64,000 nucleotides of DNA from a virus. Position numbers and translations under genes: made by a program. Under the pieces are notes generated by a model. The model saw only the letters and a list, made by a program, of their open reading frames with translations, made no database searches and was not told the origin of the DNA. Positions 38,329 through 49,749 of the stretch are shown piece after piece (the first letter of the stretch is position 1; each line of letters opens with the position of its first letter). Location: positions 32,001 to 96,000 of the IMG/VR virus record IMGVR_UViG_3300005690_000024; one strand, given 5' to 3'.

Positions 38329-39679
38329 ATGGGTATGTGGGACAAGGTTGTAATCGGTGATGGTCGTACTGCGTGCTCGGCATTGAAGGTGTTTGAGATC
38401 GAGGGAGATCACCACATTTCGCAGGACAGTGTTTCGTACTGGATCGGTGACATTTATCTCGGTGAGGGGATGACGATTTTTAAGAACACTCCAGCGGGCG
38501 AGGGGTTGACTGAGATGATTCGCCAGGGTGCGAACCTTATTGAGATCAATCTGTACTTGAAGGATCTGTTCTTGCGTCACATCGACCCGAGCATTTTGCG
38601 GAAGTTGATTGACCGTGCGTTGGCAGAGGCACGCAAGGACGGGGAGAAGTCGAAGGCTAGAGAGATTCGGGCGGCGTTGAACATTTTCTAGGGTGGCTGA
38701 AATGCGGTTACATCCAAGAGTTATGCCGTGTCAGGCGGCTGAGAACGATCTGCACGAAGTCATTATTGACTGGATGGAGCGTCATCCGGATTTGACGTGG
38801 GCGGAGGCTGTGCGATGCCTTGCGGGGATCATTGCGAGTTATTCGAAGTATCCAGTTCGCGAGGAGCGGCATGGCGCCGACTCTGAGAAGCGAACGGACG
38901 AGGCTTGAGGGGAGGGGTGTAGTATGTTCTTTTTCTGGAAACGGTTGTTTCGAAAGAAACCTATGGGTCCGAAAGATCCTATGGATTTCAGGTTGACCGA
39001 GAATAGCAGGGAGTGGTGGACTAGCACGTACTGCCCTCACTGTAAGAAGGCAACAGGGCACCACGAGCAGATGGCGGGGATCTGCAATGGGTGTGGTGGG
39101 TTTGGTGATATGGGGCGTTATCGTTCAAGCCGAGAGATTTGGGATGGCGAGAAGTGGGTGATCCAGCGGAAGTACGGTAACAGGCCAGCCGACTGCGTGG
39201 TTGAGTCGCATTGATTTTGTGTTGGCGTGATTGCTGGTTGAATTCGATATGGGGAGGTTTAGATGGAGAATCACCCGTTGCCGTGGACGGTGAAGTACTG
39301 GCGTCGTTGTCCAGAGTGGCATGAGAAGTCATCGCCGTACATTGTTGATGCGAATGGCGCTGAGGTTGTATGTATGCCTCAGAACGTTGGGAATCCTGGC
39401 GAGTACGACGTTGTGGCCGACGAGACGGCGTTGCGAATTATTGCGAGCGTGAACATAGTTCCCGATTTACGTAAGGCAGTTCGGGAGGGCGGTGTTCAGA
39501 AGCCGTATCTTGAGCGGGAGAAAACGGAGATCGTTCGGCAGTACAACCCGGAGTATGGGGACGATCGGGTGTGCAAGTGCGGTCATCCGTATTATCGGCA
39601 CTTCGACTTTTATGAGGAAGCGGACAGGCAGGCATGTGGCTGCAAGTATTGTGAGTGCTGGACTTTCGAAGAGGCGTAG
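38329..39679 (+). CDS. Four hypothetical ORFs (38329-38691, about 38693-38908, 38924-39214, 39263-39679)
   Basis: RBS-preceded ORFs. The last two carry CxxC or CxCGH Zn-binding motifs. Confidence 0.55.
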
Positions 39680-39687
39680 GGGGAGTT

Positions 39688-40257
39688 ATGGCTGTTTGGT
39701 TCACGAGCGACACACACTTCAACCATGCGAAGATCATCGAGTACTCGCAGCGTCCGTTCGCGGATGTTGAGGAGATGACTGAGGTGATGATCGAGCGGTG
39801 GAACAAGCGGGTGAAGCCTGGTGATTTGATTTACCATCTGGGAGACTTCGCGTTGTCGTGGGGTCGACAGCACGCGGATTTGGTGGACGGGATACTGTCT
39901 CGTCTGAACGGCCAAAAGTGGCTGATTGTGGGGAATCATGATCGGGACGAGGTGGTGGAGAATGATCGGTGGGTGAAGGTGAAGGATCTGCATGAGATCA
40001 AGGTGGATCTTGGTGGGGTTCACAAGCAGCGGATCATGATGTGCCATTACCCGTTGCGGTCTTGGTCGCAGATGCATCGTGGGTCGTGGATGCTGCATGG
40101 GCATTGTCATGGGAATCTGAGTGACGTTGGCGGGAAGATCCTGGATGTTGGTGTTGACGTTTGGGGCTACGCTCCTGTGAGTCTGGAGTGGGTTGCGGAG
40201 TACATGGGCAAGCGTGAAGTGGTTGTGTGTGATCACCATACTTTGGGGGAGAGTTGA
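39688..40257 (+). CDS. Calcineurin-like metallophosphoesterase
   Basis: WFTSDTHFNH, YHLGDF, LIVGNHD, HYP, LHGHCH. GGGGAG RBS. Confidence 0.92.
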   Translation: MAVWFTSDTHFNHAKIIEYSQRPFADVEEMTEVMIERWNKRVKPGDLIYHLGDFALSWGRQHADLVDGILSRLNGQKWLIVGNHDRDEVVENDRWVKVKDLHEIKVDLGGVHKQRIMMCHYPLRSWSQMHRGSWMLHGHCHGNLSDVGGKILDVGVDVWGYAPVSLEWVAEYMGKREVVVCDHHTLGES

Positions 40258-40258
40258 G

Positions 40259-41741
40259 ATGGCTTTGACGAGAACGCGATTATTGGATGTTCGGACAGAC
40301 GATGGTCTACAGGAGACATGTGGTCTGTGGACTCGTGGCGGTCTTGAAGGCGTTGAGGTGATAATCGACGACAAGAGGATCAGCATTCCACGGGATGCGA
40401 TTTTGGAACTTGTTGCGGATGAGTATGTCAGTAAGCAGATTGCTCGTCTGAAGCAGTTGACGACGGTCGATGCTGTTAATGAGATTATGGGTTCTTTCTC
40501 ACGATGAAGTAGCAAGGGGAGTCTAATGGCAGGTTTTCGTGGTGATTATTTGACGATGCTTGAGTGCGCCCAGAAGTTGCAGGAGTACATTGACTCTTGC
40601 TGCGGTGAATATGGGATCACGAAATATATCCCAGAGGTGAGTATTTCGATGGGGGCATTCGCTGGCTGCATCGAGGTTGATGAACTTCAGGTGTGGCACA
40701 GCGAGGTTGACTCAAGCGAGTTGACACCAGAACTTCTGATTGAGTCGTTCCGTGAGCAGTGTTGCAGGTGGATACCATTTATCAAGAGGGAGAGTTGAGA
40801 TGCGGATCGAGGGGTATGCGTTCGATAAGAACTATGCGGAGACGCGGGCGAAGTACTTGAATCGGCTGCGTGAGATTGAGAAGACTCCCGGCGTCGAGTA
40901 TCGGAAGAACCCGCAGTACGGGATGGTGAAGTTTTCGGGGCGTCTGACGACACCAGAGGCAAAGGCTTTGAGTGAACTGGATCTGGCGATCATCGCGGAT
41001 GACGGGAACCTTTGTTTCGGGGGCGAGTGTACGCGGGTTAATGACAGTTTCAGTGGGTGCTACTACACGGATTGAGGTGTTGAATGCCAGATGAACTGTA
41101 CTATCAGCGGGAGGGCTTCGTGTTTGCGAAGTTGCATCGAGACAACTGGTTTGCTGGGGTGAATCATCGCCCCTATGGTCCAGGCGTTGCGGGTAACGAT
41201 CGGGCTCTTGCGTGGTATCGTGGTTGGTGGTTCTTCTTTCATGTTGTAAAGCCGATTGGTGATTTGATGGGGAGGGCGTGATGCAGAAGTCTTTGCCAAA
41301 AGCGTTATGGGAGGCTCATGAGTATGCAGTGTCATTCTGCACGAAACTTCGTGGCATCAAGCTACGTCGCAGGCTGCACAAATTTAAGGGGGCTAAGTGG
41401 GCCACATTCTATCGCGGCGACACCTTAAAGAAGGTATGGTCCTGCAATGCTGTATTTGCGGCCAAGCACTTCAGTAGAACAGGGAAGGCTGAATGATGGA
41501 ACTCGATGCGGTGTTTGACATTCTCCCCCGCATGCTAACGATCGGCTGCAAGATTTCGCAGCAGGACGGTGAATGGTGGCTTTGGGAGAGTGGTGGTGAT
41601 GGTGTTGTGGGTGGATCGACATTTCGGGAGATGTGTGAGCGTCTATTGAGCGTCGATGTTGCGAAGTACGAGCGTGACTACGACGAGCGTTGTCGTGCTT
41701 ACATGGAACGATCCAGGGGTATTGATATTTTTGGGTGGTGA
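40259..41741 (+). CDS. Row of small hypothetical ORFs (about 40259-40507, 40526-40798, about 40800-41075, 41084-41281, 41278-41496, 41493-41741)
   Basis: Contiguous + strand ORFs. Confidence 0.5.
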
Positions 41742-41742
41742 G

Positions 41743-41973
41743 ATGCGGATATTCACGACAGTGCAGTGTGCAGAGATTTGTGGCGTCTCAGCGAGGACGG
41801 TTTGCAAGTGGTTTGATTCTGGTCGCCTGCGTGGCTATCGGATACCTGGTTCTCAGGATCGCAGGATTCCTGGGGAGTTCTTGGTGAGGTTCCTTCGTGA
41901 GCAGGGGATGCCTGTTCCTGTTGAGTATGCTGGCAGGCCGATTTGGGGTGATCCAAAGAATGGTCAAGTTTGA
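41743..41973 (+). CDS. HTH_17 DNA-binding protein resembling a planctomycete chromosomal regulator domain
   Basis: IFTTVQCAEICGVSARTVCKWFDSGRLRGYRIPGSQDRRIP...LVRFLREQGMP. Confidence 0.8.
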   Translation: MRIFTTVQCAEICGVSARTVCKWFDSGRLRGYRIPGSQDRRIPGEFLVRFLREQGMPVPVEYAGRPIWGDPKNGQV

Positions 41974-42017
41974 CTGCATCTATTTTGTAAACCTTGCGTA
42001 TAGGGAGTGATTGTGCA

Positions 42018-44362
42018 ATGAGTCGTTACGTTGGTATGGCACGGGATATTCACATCGCTCGTGGTGTTCATGCGGCTGCAATAGATTTTGAGCGTAAGAG
42101 TGTGGTCGCAATTTTCCGTGAGCTTGCTGCTACGCTGTCAAAGGATTCAGTCGGCGGAACTGAAACGAGCCTTGCATTCTGCGCGTCAGCATTGGCGATT
42201 CATCGTGTGTGCAATGACATCATGGCTTCTGATTGAGTTCGTTTTAACAAAGCGAGGTGTGTGTGAGCTACAGTATTTCAGATCATGCGGTTTCTCGTTT
42301 TGCCGAGAGGTTCCCCGGCATGGAGATTGAAACAACTCTTGCGGGGGCGGTGCCGTTTGGCGCACAGCGTGGCAACTCGATTTTGCTTTTGAACGGTGAT
42401 GTGGCGTTTTGTGTTCGCGACGGCATTGTTACGACGTGCATGCCGAAAGACATGGCGGTCGTGAACATGCAAGCTCAGGGGCTGGGGTGGGTTCCGTTAA
42501 AGACTGAGTACGAGCAGTCGGTGAAGGTGCAACCAGAGCCTAAGAATTGGGCTGACTTGGATTTTGATCGTCGTATTGGCACTCTTGACAAGGCAACTTT
42601 GAACACCATGTTGAACATGCTGGCCAATGCAACGGCAGACCAGATGGATGTGCTGTGTGAGAGGAACAAGACGAAGCAACTGGCGAGCTATGTTGTGGCG
42701 TTGCGGGATAGGGTTGCGAAGCAGACGGAGCGAGCTGACCAGGAGAGGAAGATGTCTCAGGGGTTGATGCAGTGGATCAAAGAGACGCATGGGAATGAAG
42801 TTGTGGCATCTGTGGTTGATGGGATTCGCAGTGGGGGATGTTTGGTATGAGTCGTCGTCATTTGTTGAAACAGCCGTGGCGTAGTCTTCCGTTGTGGTTG
42901 CTGTTGAGCATCCATGCTGTTGTGGCGTTACCGCTGTTCTTGTCGGTGCATGTGTGGTACGGCATAGTGCGTGGTGTTCGGCGTGCTGTCGAGGAGTTCT
43001 CGCGGGAGCATCAGATCCTTGGGAAGTTGGATCAGGGGGATTCGTAATGGCATCAGTGATTCGCAGGGAGGGCTACACGATCGATAACGGTGGTGTTATT
43101 CGCTACGTCAATGTGGAGTCTTCATACGAAGAGGCTGAATCAATTTGTGGTCGCAGGCTGGACCGTAGGCGCAACTATGCGATCGTCGAGGGGGCGGTGT
43201 GTGAGTCTGCGAGTTGGGTCAGTGCATGCTCTGGATGCTACGAGGGGTACGAGGTTGATCATGGTGTTGGCATGGGTTGTCATGAGTGTGGTTTTCATGG
43301 TCGTGTTCGAACTGGTATGTGGGTTCCGTTGGGTGCGAGTTCGGAGGATGAGTTGTGAACAGGAAAGAGGCGTCAGAAATACGTTCATCGGACGAGTTTC
43401 TGGAATTGCAGGCAAAAGCGAGTGCGGCTTATGACGCCTGCCAGAAAGCTCTGGCTGAGATTAGCCATAAATTCCCGTTGGAAAGCGGGTACACTTGGAC
43501 CCTTATGATGTCAGGCGAAGTTCATTCGAGGTGGTGTGGTCATTGAGAAGAGGAAGAAGAGTTATGAGAGTTTTGGTCAGGGCGTACAACAAGGATGGGT
43601 ATCACAAGGACTTGGCTTCATTTGAGGAGGGGCAAGTTCACATGAAGCATGGGAATATGTCAGAACCGCAGATGATTGCTGTGGGCGTGAATCTCTGTCC
43701 TAGCGATTTCCCAGAGGCCGTTCGGTTCGACATTGTGATTCAGAATCCAGTGTTGCCAATTAGGTGATTCTTCCATCATTTCGAGGTTCAGTTGCGTATA
43801 GGGAGTATGGTAATGTCTAGACTTTAGAATCGTCGGCGAAAGAACGAGCGTCATCGGCGGAATGAGCGTCGTCGGGAGGCGAAGAAACTTCTGAAGCGAT
43901 TTGTGGCGTGTGCCCCAGCGATCGCGGCAAGTATGATTATGAGTAAGGAGTCGTTGTATGCCTGGGGAGCGGGAGTTGAGCGTAGATACAGGTAGTTACG
44001 AGTGGATGCGTGGGCATCTGATTCAGCGACTGAATGATGATGCTGCAGAGGTCGTCGAGAAGCATGATCGTGCTCGCAGGGAGTGTGCGGAGTTTGCACG
44101 TCGAAAGAGGTGGCTCGCTGATCAGGTTGATGTGCTCAATATCAGCCCCGAAGAATGTCGACCGATGCTTTCGTTCGTGCATAAGAAGGAACGTCTTCCG
44201 AAAGAAGGTGAAGACAGTTTCCTGATTGAGCAGGCTAAGGATCTTGTTGATGCGAACTACGAGATCGACAAGTACAACGGTCGCGATGCACGGGCGTTTG
44301 TTGAGGCAGTTTTTGAGCGAATTAGTCCTGAGTTGTATTTGCATTGGCTGGAGCAGAAGTGA
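42018..44362 (+). CDS. Row of hypothetical ORFs (42018-42236, 42257-42850, about 42847-43047, 43047-43358, 43355-43546, about 43564-43767, 43958-44362)
   Basis: Packed + strand ORFs. 42257-42850 has DHAVSRFAER, a motif shared with 57830-58219. Confidence 0.5.
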
Positions 44363-45132
44363 TGGCTGGAATGTCAGAGGGGCAGTTGTTCGATCGGATT
44401 CGGCAGCGATATCCAGCTCCAGCGTGGGCTGTGTTTCAGCATGTTCGCAATCAGACAGGGTATCGCAAGTCGGCTGTACGAACGGCTGATGCAATGGCAT
44501 TGAGTCTGTACCCATCGAACGGGTTGGCGTTACATGGGTTCGAGTCGAAGATCTCTAGGGCAGACTTGAAGAAAGAATTGCTCGACCCATCGAAGGCGGC
44601 CGAGTTTTCGGAGTACTGCGATTATTGGTGGTTGGTGTTGTCCTCGGAGGAGTTGATGGCTGGTCTTCAGTGTCCAGAGTCGTGGGGAGTTCTTGTCCCG
44701 AGCGGCAAGTCATTGAAGGTGGCGATTCAGGCACCGAAGTTGAACCCGAAGCCTATGGATATCGGGTTGGTTTGTGGTCTGTTGCGTAAGGCGTCGGAGA
44801 CATCGGACAAGGTGCTGAAGGGGATGGTCCCTCGCGAGGATATAATGAGTCTCGCAGAGGAGAAGGCGAAAGAGATCGCTGATCGTGAGACGAAAGGCTT
44901 GAGGGCTGAATTCGATCTTGTGAATCGGTATATCTCAGAGTTCAAGGATGCTTCGGGTGTCGATATCCGCGAGCGATGGCAGATGGGTCGCATTGGTAAC
45001 GCTGTAAAGCACATCGTCGAACAAGGGCGGGTAAGTGTTATTGAGAAGGCGAAGTGCGAGGCAGTGAGTGCGAAGAAGTACTTGGATCAGTTGAATGGGT
45101 TTTTGGAGTCAATGAAAGGGGAGTTGTTGTAA
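44362..45132 (+). CDS. MmcB-like PD-(D/E)xK nuclease with a coiled-coil tail
   Basis: RTADAMALSLYPS...LHGFESKISRADLKKEL.DP.K...YCDYWWLV. Confidence 0.75.
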   Translation: MAGMSEGQLFDRIRQRYPAPAWAVFQHVRNQTGYRKSAVRTADAMALSLYPSNGLALHGFESKISRADLKKELLDPSKAAEFSEYCDYWWLVLSSEELMAGLQCPESWGVLVPSGKSLKVAIQAPKLNPKPMDIGLVCGLLRKASETSDKVLKGMVPREDIMSLAEEKAKEIADRETKGLRAEFDLVNRYISEFKDASGVDIRERWQMGRIGNAVKHIVEQGRVSVIEKAKCEAVSAKKYLDQLNGFLESMKGELL

Positions 45133-46591
45133 TGAGGTTTGCTCGACGAAGTGCGATGTTTGATTTGATGTTTGGTGCAGCGGTTGTTGCTGTTGTTCTT
45201 GGCGTGACTGCTGGCGGGTATTTGTTCTGCTGTGCTATGGAGGCAAACACATTCAACCGGCTTACGGGCGCCAGTGTAACGACGTGGGATGCTATGTGGG
45301 TTGAGCTTCGCGTCGATGTGCCAGTGATCAGAGGAGAGTGATCATGCCGTTTATTGTGGTGTTCGATGATGGTGATACTGTTTGCTGTCCTGTGGGTTTA
45401 GACAGTAAGTGTGATGGTGCTCTTGTTGCGACAAATGGTCCTGTGGCGATGTTTGAGAAGCGGGCTGACGCTCGTCAAGCAATTAAGACATCGTACCTGT
45501 TCGCACAGTTGCAGCGTGTTAAGGGAGAGATCTACAACGATGACTTCATTGCGTTGCGGAAGTACATCAAGATTCGCCCGTTGGTTTCACTGAAGCGAGG
45601 GTCTGATGACTAAATGCACAGAGGGAATAACGACATTACAGGAAGCGGCTGAGCAGTTGATCGCAGAGTCGAAGCGATATGAAAGTGCGATGTCACTGTT
45701 CGTGTCAGAGGAAGGGCAGTTCGTGCGACTGCTTCTGGACACGAGTCGCCATTGCTACAACGATTCAGGGTACGGAATTGTTGGTGGTGACTGCGGATTG
45801 CTGCGGGACATGGAGACGAACGAAGTTATCGGGATCAAGTTGCGAGTGATCAACAATAAGTTGATGGTCGGGCACGATGGACCGTTGCGGGTTAATCAGG
45901 GGTTTCTGAAAGAAGAGTGCAAAGATGGACAAGACGGTCCTAGAACTGCTGATTGAGGCCCGAAAGGTTGCGACACATCATGGGGACAATGAGATGGTTG
46001 TGTATTTGAAGAAGTTGATCGCGTGGTCGACGGGGCGTATTGCGAGTCCAGAGAGTGGAAAGGCTGAGAAGTGATCAACTGGATTGAAGATTTCGATGAC
46101 AATGACAACACGTACTGGTTTGGCCAGTCGCCGTATGGAACTGATCCTGAGACGGGTGACGGGATCGACTTGTTTTGGCGGATCAAGCAGCGTCTGGTGA
46201 GCGACAAGATCGAGTGGTACTCGTGCCATGACAGTGAACTCGGGGGCGAGGATGGAAGTACTTGGTCGACGCCTGAAGAGGCTAAAGCAGAGATCCAGCA
46301 ATCGCATGATCGAATTATTCTGCAAGAGAGTTCTGAATCGTAATGGCAACTAAACTGCGTGAGTATGGCGACTTCCATATCTGGCGATCGGCGGGGCGTA
46401 GCGGTCGTCACGGCAGGCTGGCGGTTCGGTTCATCTATGATCCGGGGTTGTCGTTTTCGCTGGATGTTGGTCAAGACGGTCAGCCAGTGATGCGTTCGTT
46501 GAAGTGCCTGAATGCTCAGGTGACGGCGCAGCGTGGTCTGTCGTCAGACATCTTTCGGGCGGCGTTGGAGTTCTTGCGGGATGAGGGATAG
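45132..46591 (+). CDS. Row of small ORFs (45132-45341 membrane, 45338-45613, 45606-45956, 46071-46343, 46343-46591)
   Basis: Overlapping start and stop codons. Confidence 0.5.
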
Positions 46592-46620
46592 TTGACAGGT
46601 TTTTTTGTTTTGCGTATAGT
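46592..46620 (+). promoter_or_regulatory. Sigma70-like promoter upstream of ssb
   Basis: TTGACA-17 bp-TATAGT. The -10 element is one of the GCGTATAG motif copies. Confidence 0.7.
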
Positions 46621-46640
46621 CACCGATGAAAGGGGACACA

Positions 46641-47048
46641 ATGGCAGGATCAGTTGCAGAGGCGTATGTAATCGGGAATGTGACGCGGGACGCGGAGGTG
46701 CGTGAGGCAGGGGCGACTCGTGTGTGCAACCTTACGGTTGTGCACAACACGAAGTACAAAGACAAGGAAACGACGTCGTACATCGAGGTTGTTCTGTTTG
46801 GGAAGCTGGCGGATATCGCGGGCCAGTACGTGACCAAGGGCAGCAAGGTCTTTGTTTCTGGCGAACTCCGCGAAGAGAAGTGGGACGACAAGGAGACTGG
46901 CGCAAAGCGTTCGAAACTGAAGATCATCGGGCAGAGGTTGACGTTGCTGGGCAGCAAGGGTGATCGTGGAGGTCGAGGTGAGCCTGATCACGATTCAGGG
47001 CATAGCGAAGATTATGATCCAGCGGATTCATCAGGAGCGCCGTTCTAA
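46641..47048 (+). CDS. ssb: Single-stranded DNA-binding protein
   Basis: GNVTRDAEVR...YIEVVLFGKLADIAGQYVTKGSKVFVSGELR; acidic tail ending GAPF. Confidence 0.95.
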   Translation: MAGSVAEAYVIGNVTRDAEVREAGATRVCNLTVVHNTKYKDKETTSYIEVVLFGKLADIAGQYVTKGSKVFVSGELREEKWDDKETGAKRSKLKIIGQRLTLLGSKGDRGGRGEPDHDSGHSEDYDPADSSGAPF

Positions 47049-47753
47049 TGCGACAGGTCGAGTCAGAGATTGAGGCATTGCGAAAGCAGATCCGAGTGTT
47101 GGAATATCGTAGCGAGTACGGTTTGTATTCGCTTGATCGGCGTGAGAGTCTTGCGAGGGCAGCCGAACTGCGGGCAAAGTTGACCGCCTTGGAGTCGCGC
47201 GATGTCGATGAGTGAGGGCAAGTATCAGGCGATGTTGTTCCGGCGAGAAGAGGTTCAGGCGGCGATTGAGAAGTTGTCGTCTGAACTTCATGACTTGAAT
47301 GAGGTGCTGTCGCTGGCTGCGGCTGATCGGTACTTGGAATCGCAACCTGAATGGAAGCAGAAGTGGATGCAGTCGATGTTTGATACTCGCGGTACGAACA
47401 GTGTCCCGCGACCATATGTGAATAACAATCCTGATATTGATTGCTTCTGAGGGGGATCAAGTGAATCCGTTAGATAAGCCCATAAACTCAGAAAACGACA
47501 TTTCAGCAACTCGCATGAATGATGTTGCTGTGACGCGGTTCTCTGATCGCCTGCCCGAATGCAGGTGGTTTGTATTTATCGACCCAGAAGACACATCGCG
47601 ATGGATCGTAGGCTGGAAAGACTGGTATCACATTCGAGAGGAAGGCGGAGCGAGCTATCGATACAATGATCCACGGTTGACGTGGTGGTTTCCGTTGCCA
47701 GATGTTCCGTCGTTGTAGAAGTCCAGAATCAATTGCTTCTGAGGGAGTTCGAA

Positions 47754-48524
47754 GTGAAGCCACTTAACAAGCCTCTGTATAGTTCGATCGGGCATTTGCC
47801 TGGCAGTTGCTGTAGCGGGCGTGACAGGTTCGTGAATGCGGGACAGTCAAGAATCCTGACGGTCGAAGCCCCAAAGAACTACAAGGTTTTCGTCAGGGAG
47901 AAGCTTGACGGGACGTGTGTCGGCGTCTTAAAGCAAGGCGGCAAGTTGCTGGCCCTGCAACGGAACGGGTATCTGTGCAGTACGTCGCCGTATGCGCAGC
48001 ACGAGATGTTCGATGAGTGGGTGAAGGAGAACGAGCTGCGTTTCCACCGCGCATTGGATGACGGCGAGCGAATGGTTGGTGAGTGGCTTGTTCAGGCGCA
48101 CGGCACTCAGTATCAGTTCAAGGATGGTGAAGAGGTATTTGTCCCGTTCGATGTGTTCAATACGAAGAACGAGCGTCTTTCGACTGAGTTGTTCATGAGT
48201 CGATGTTATGATGCCGACATTCGACCAGCAAGATTGCTGCATGCTGGCGGTGCAGTAGATCCAGCAGAGTTGTACAAGGCGTATGTCAGCACGAGGTACA
48301 ACTACTTCTCTAGGATCGTCCCTGTGAACGGTGATGCGTGCGAAGGACTTGTCTATCGATGCGAGCGACGGGACCGATACGACAAGGTCGCGTTCATTGC
48401 AAAGTGGGTTCGACCGGGATATGTGCCAGGGAAGTACCTGCCAGTTTGCACGGGCAAGTCTCCCGTTTGGAATTGTGACATTCGAACACTTTTCCCCATC
48501 AGAAACACCGACCCAAGCGTATAG
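47754..48524 (+). CDS. RNA ligase-like nucleotidyltransferase
   Basis: Motif I VREKLDGTCV, GEWL, VPFDVF, EGLVYR, AKWVR. Confidence 0.8.
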   Translation: MKPLNKPLYSSIGHLPGSCCSGRDRFVNAGQSRILTVEAPKNYKVFVREKLDGTCVGVLKQGGKLLALQRNGYLCSTSPYAQHEMFDEWVKENELRFHRALDDGERMVGEWLVQAHGTQYQFKDGEEVFVPFDVFNTKNERLSTELFMSRCYDADIRPARLLHAGGAVDPAELYKAYVSTRYNYFSRIVPVNGDACEGLVYRCERRDRYDKVAFIAKWVRPGYVPGKYLPVCTGKSPVWNCDIRTLFPIRNTDPSV

Positions 48525-48541
48525 TCACTATCGGAGGGAAC

Positions 48542-49747
48542 ATGGCAGCGCAGACATTGAAGCAGTATCGAGTGTTGGTTGATCAGCTTGAGACGTTGGT
48601 GCATGAGTGGAAGAGTGCACAAGTCAATAAGAGCGAGCAGGCAGACCACATCAAAGCGATGGAGTCGGTGATCAATCATTTGAAGTGTGCGACATGTGCA
48701 CGAATCAAAGCCACAGAGCAGGTGCTGGCGAATATCGTGATCAGTTCAGCGGAGACGATCGTTCGTCAGTACAAAATGGGTAGCAATATCGAGTACTGCT
48801 TCGTCATCGATCACCCGAAGTTCGGGCAGATCGGCGGGTACGAAGAGGATAACTGGAGCATTGAGTACTCAGCCGTAGCCAAGTTTGCCGCATTCGTGCG
48901 TAAGGACTGGCCGACTCGGATTATTGGGCGAGATGCAACGACACGCATTGCAGTGGATTTGAGTCAGTCGTAATTGGTGTGCAATCAGGTCAGTCGTTCC
49001 TTGGAAGTGGTGGTAAAAGAGTGGCATCAATCCTCAAAAAGTTTCTTGCGACCGGCAAGACATTTGGTAGACTTCAGCCGATACATTTTGCGAGGTTGTG
49101 GCTCACGCTAGTGGCCACTGAATATTGGGTTGAAAAATGGCTGCAACAGATTCCAGATGGCATGCGATTGCGGTTGCGAGATGCTTTCGCGGTTCCCGAT
49201 GGGTTGAACCACCTCCGACTTGCCACATCTGTTGAATCCTGTGTCATTTCCCCTCCTTGCTGTAATTCTCGCGCCGTCGGTGCGCTGGAGAGTTGTGTGC
49301 CATGTCTGTAGCCGTATTGTCGATCGTTGTGAGCGACGGTCTTGGTGATTTGTTCCCAGAGGGTGTTTTGCTGAGCGTCTGGGAGCATGGTCTTGCCCCA
49401 GAAGAGTTGTCGAACGTGAGCGAACTTCATGACTCACCGAATCGGGTGGCGCTCGCGCGGAACGAGGCGTTGTTGGATTGTGTGGTTGCGAGTCACGACA
49501 ACGTGATTCGGTTTCGTGACAGCGAAGTTTATGGGGCGGTGTATTGATGGATGCGAGAGACTATTGGTATCGGCTTGTTCGTGCCAATCCTGCGATGCGT
49601 GACGAGGACGCTAAGTTGACGATCAGCGTCCGTTCTTTGCGTAAGCAGATTGAGAAAGCGTTCGAGGAAGGGGCGGAATCTGTCCCTGACTCTGATGGTG
49701 GTGGGTTCTTTGATGGTATTTTTGGAAGTGGAAAGCATAGGGGTAGA
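48542..49747 (+). CDS. Hypothetical ORFs (48542-48973, about 49302-49547, 49544-49750)
   Basis: RBS or stop-start overlaps. The 48979-49311 ORF is doubtful. Confidence 0.45.
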
Positions 49748-49749
49748 TA

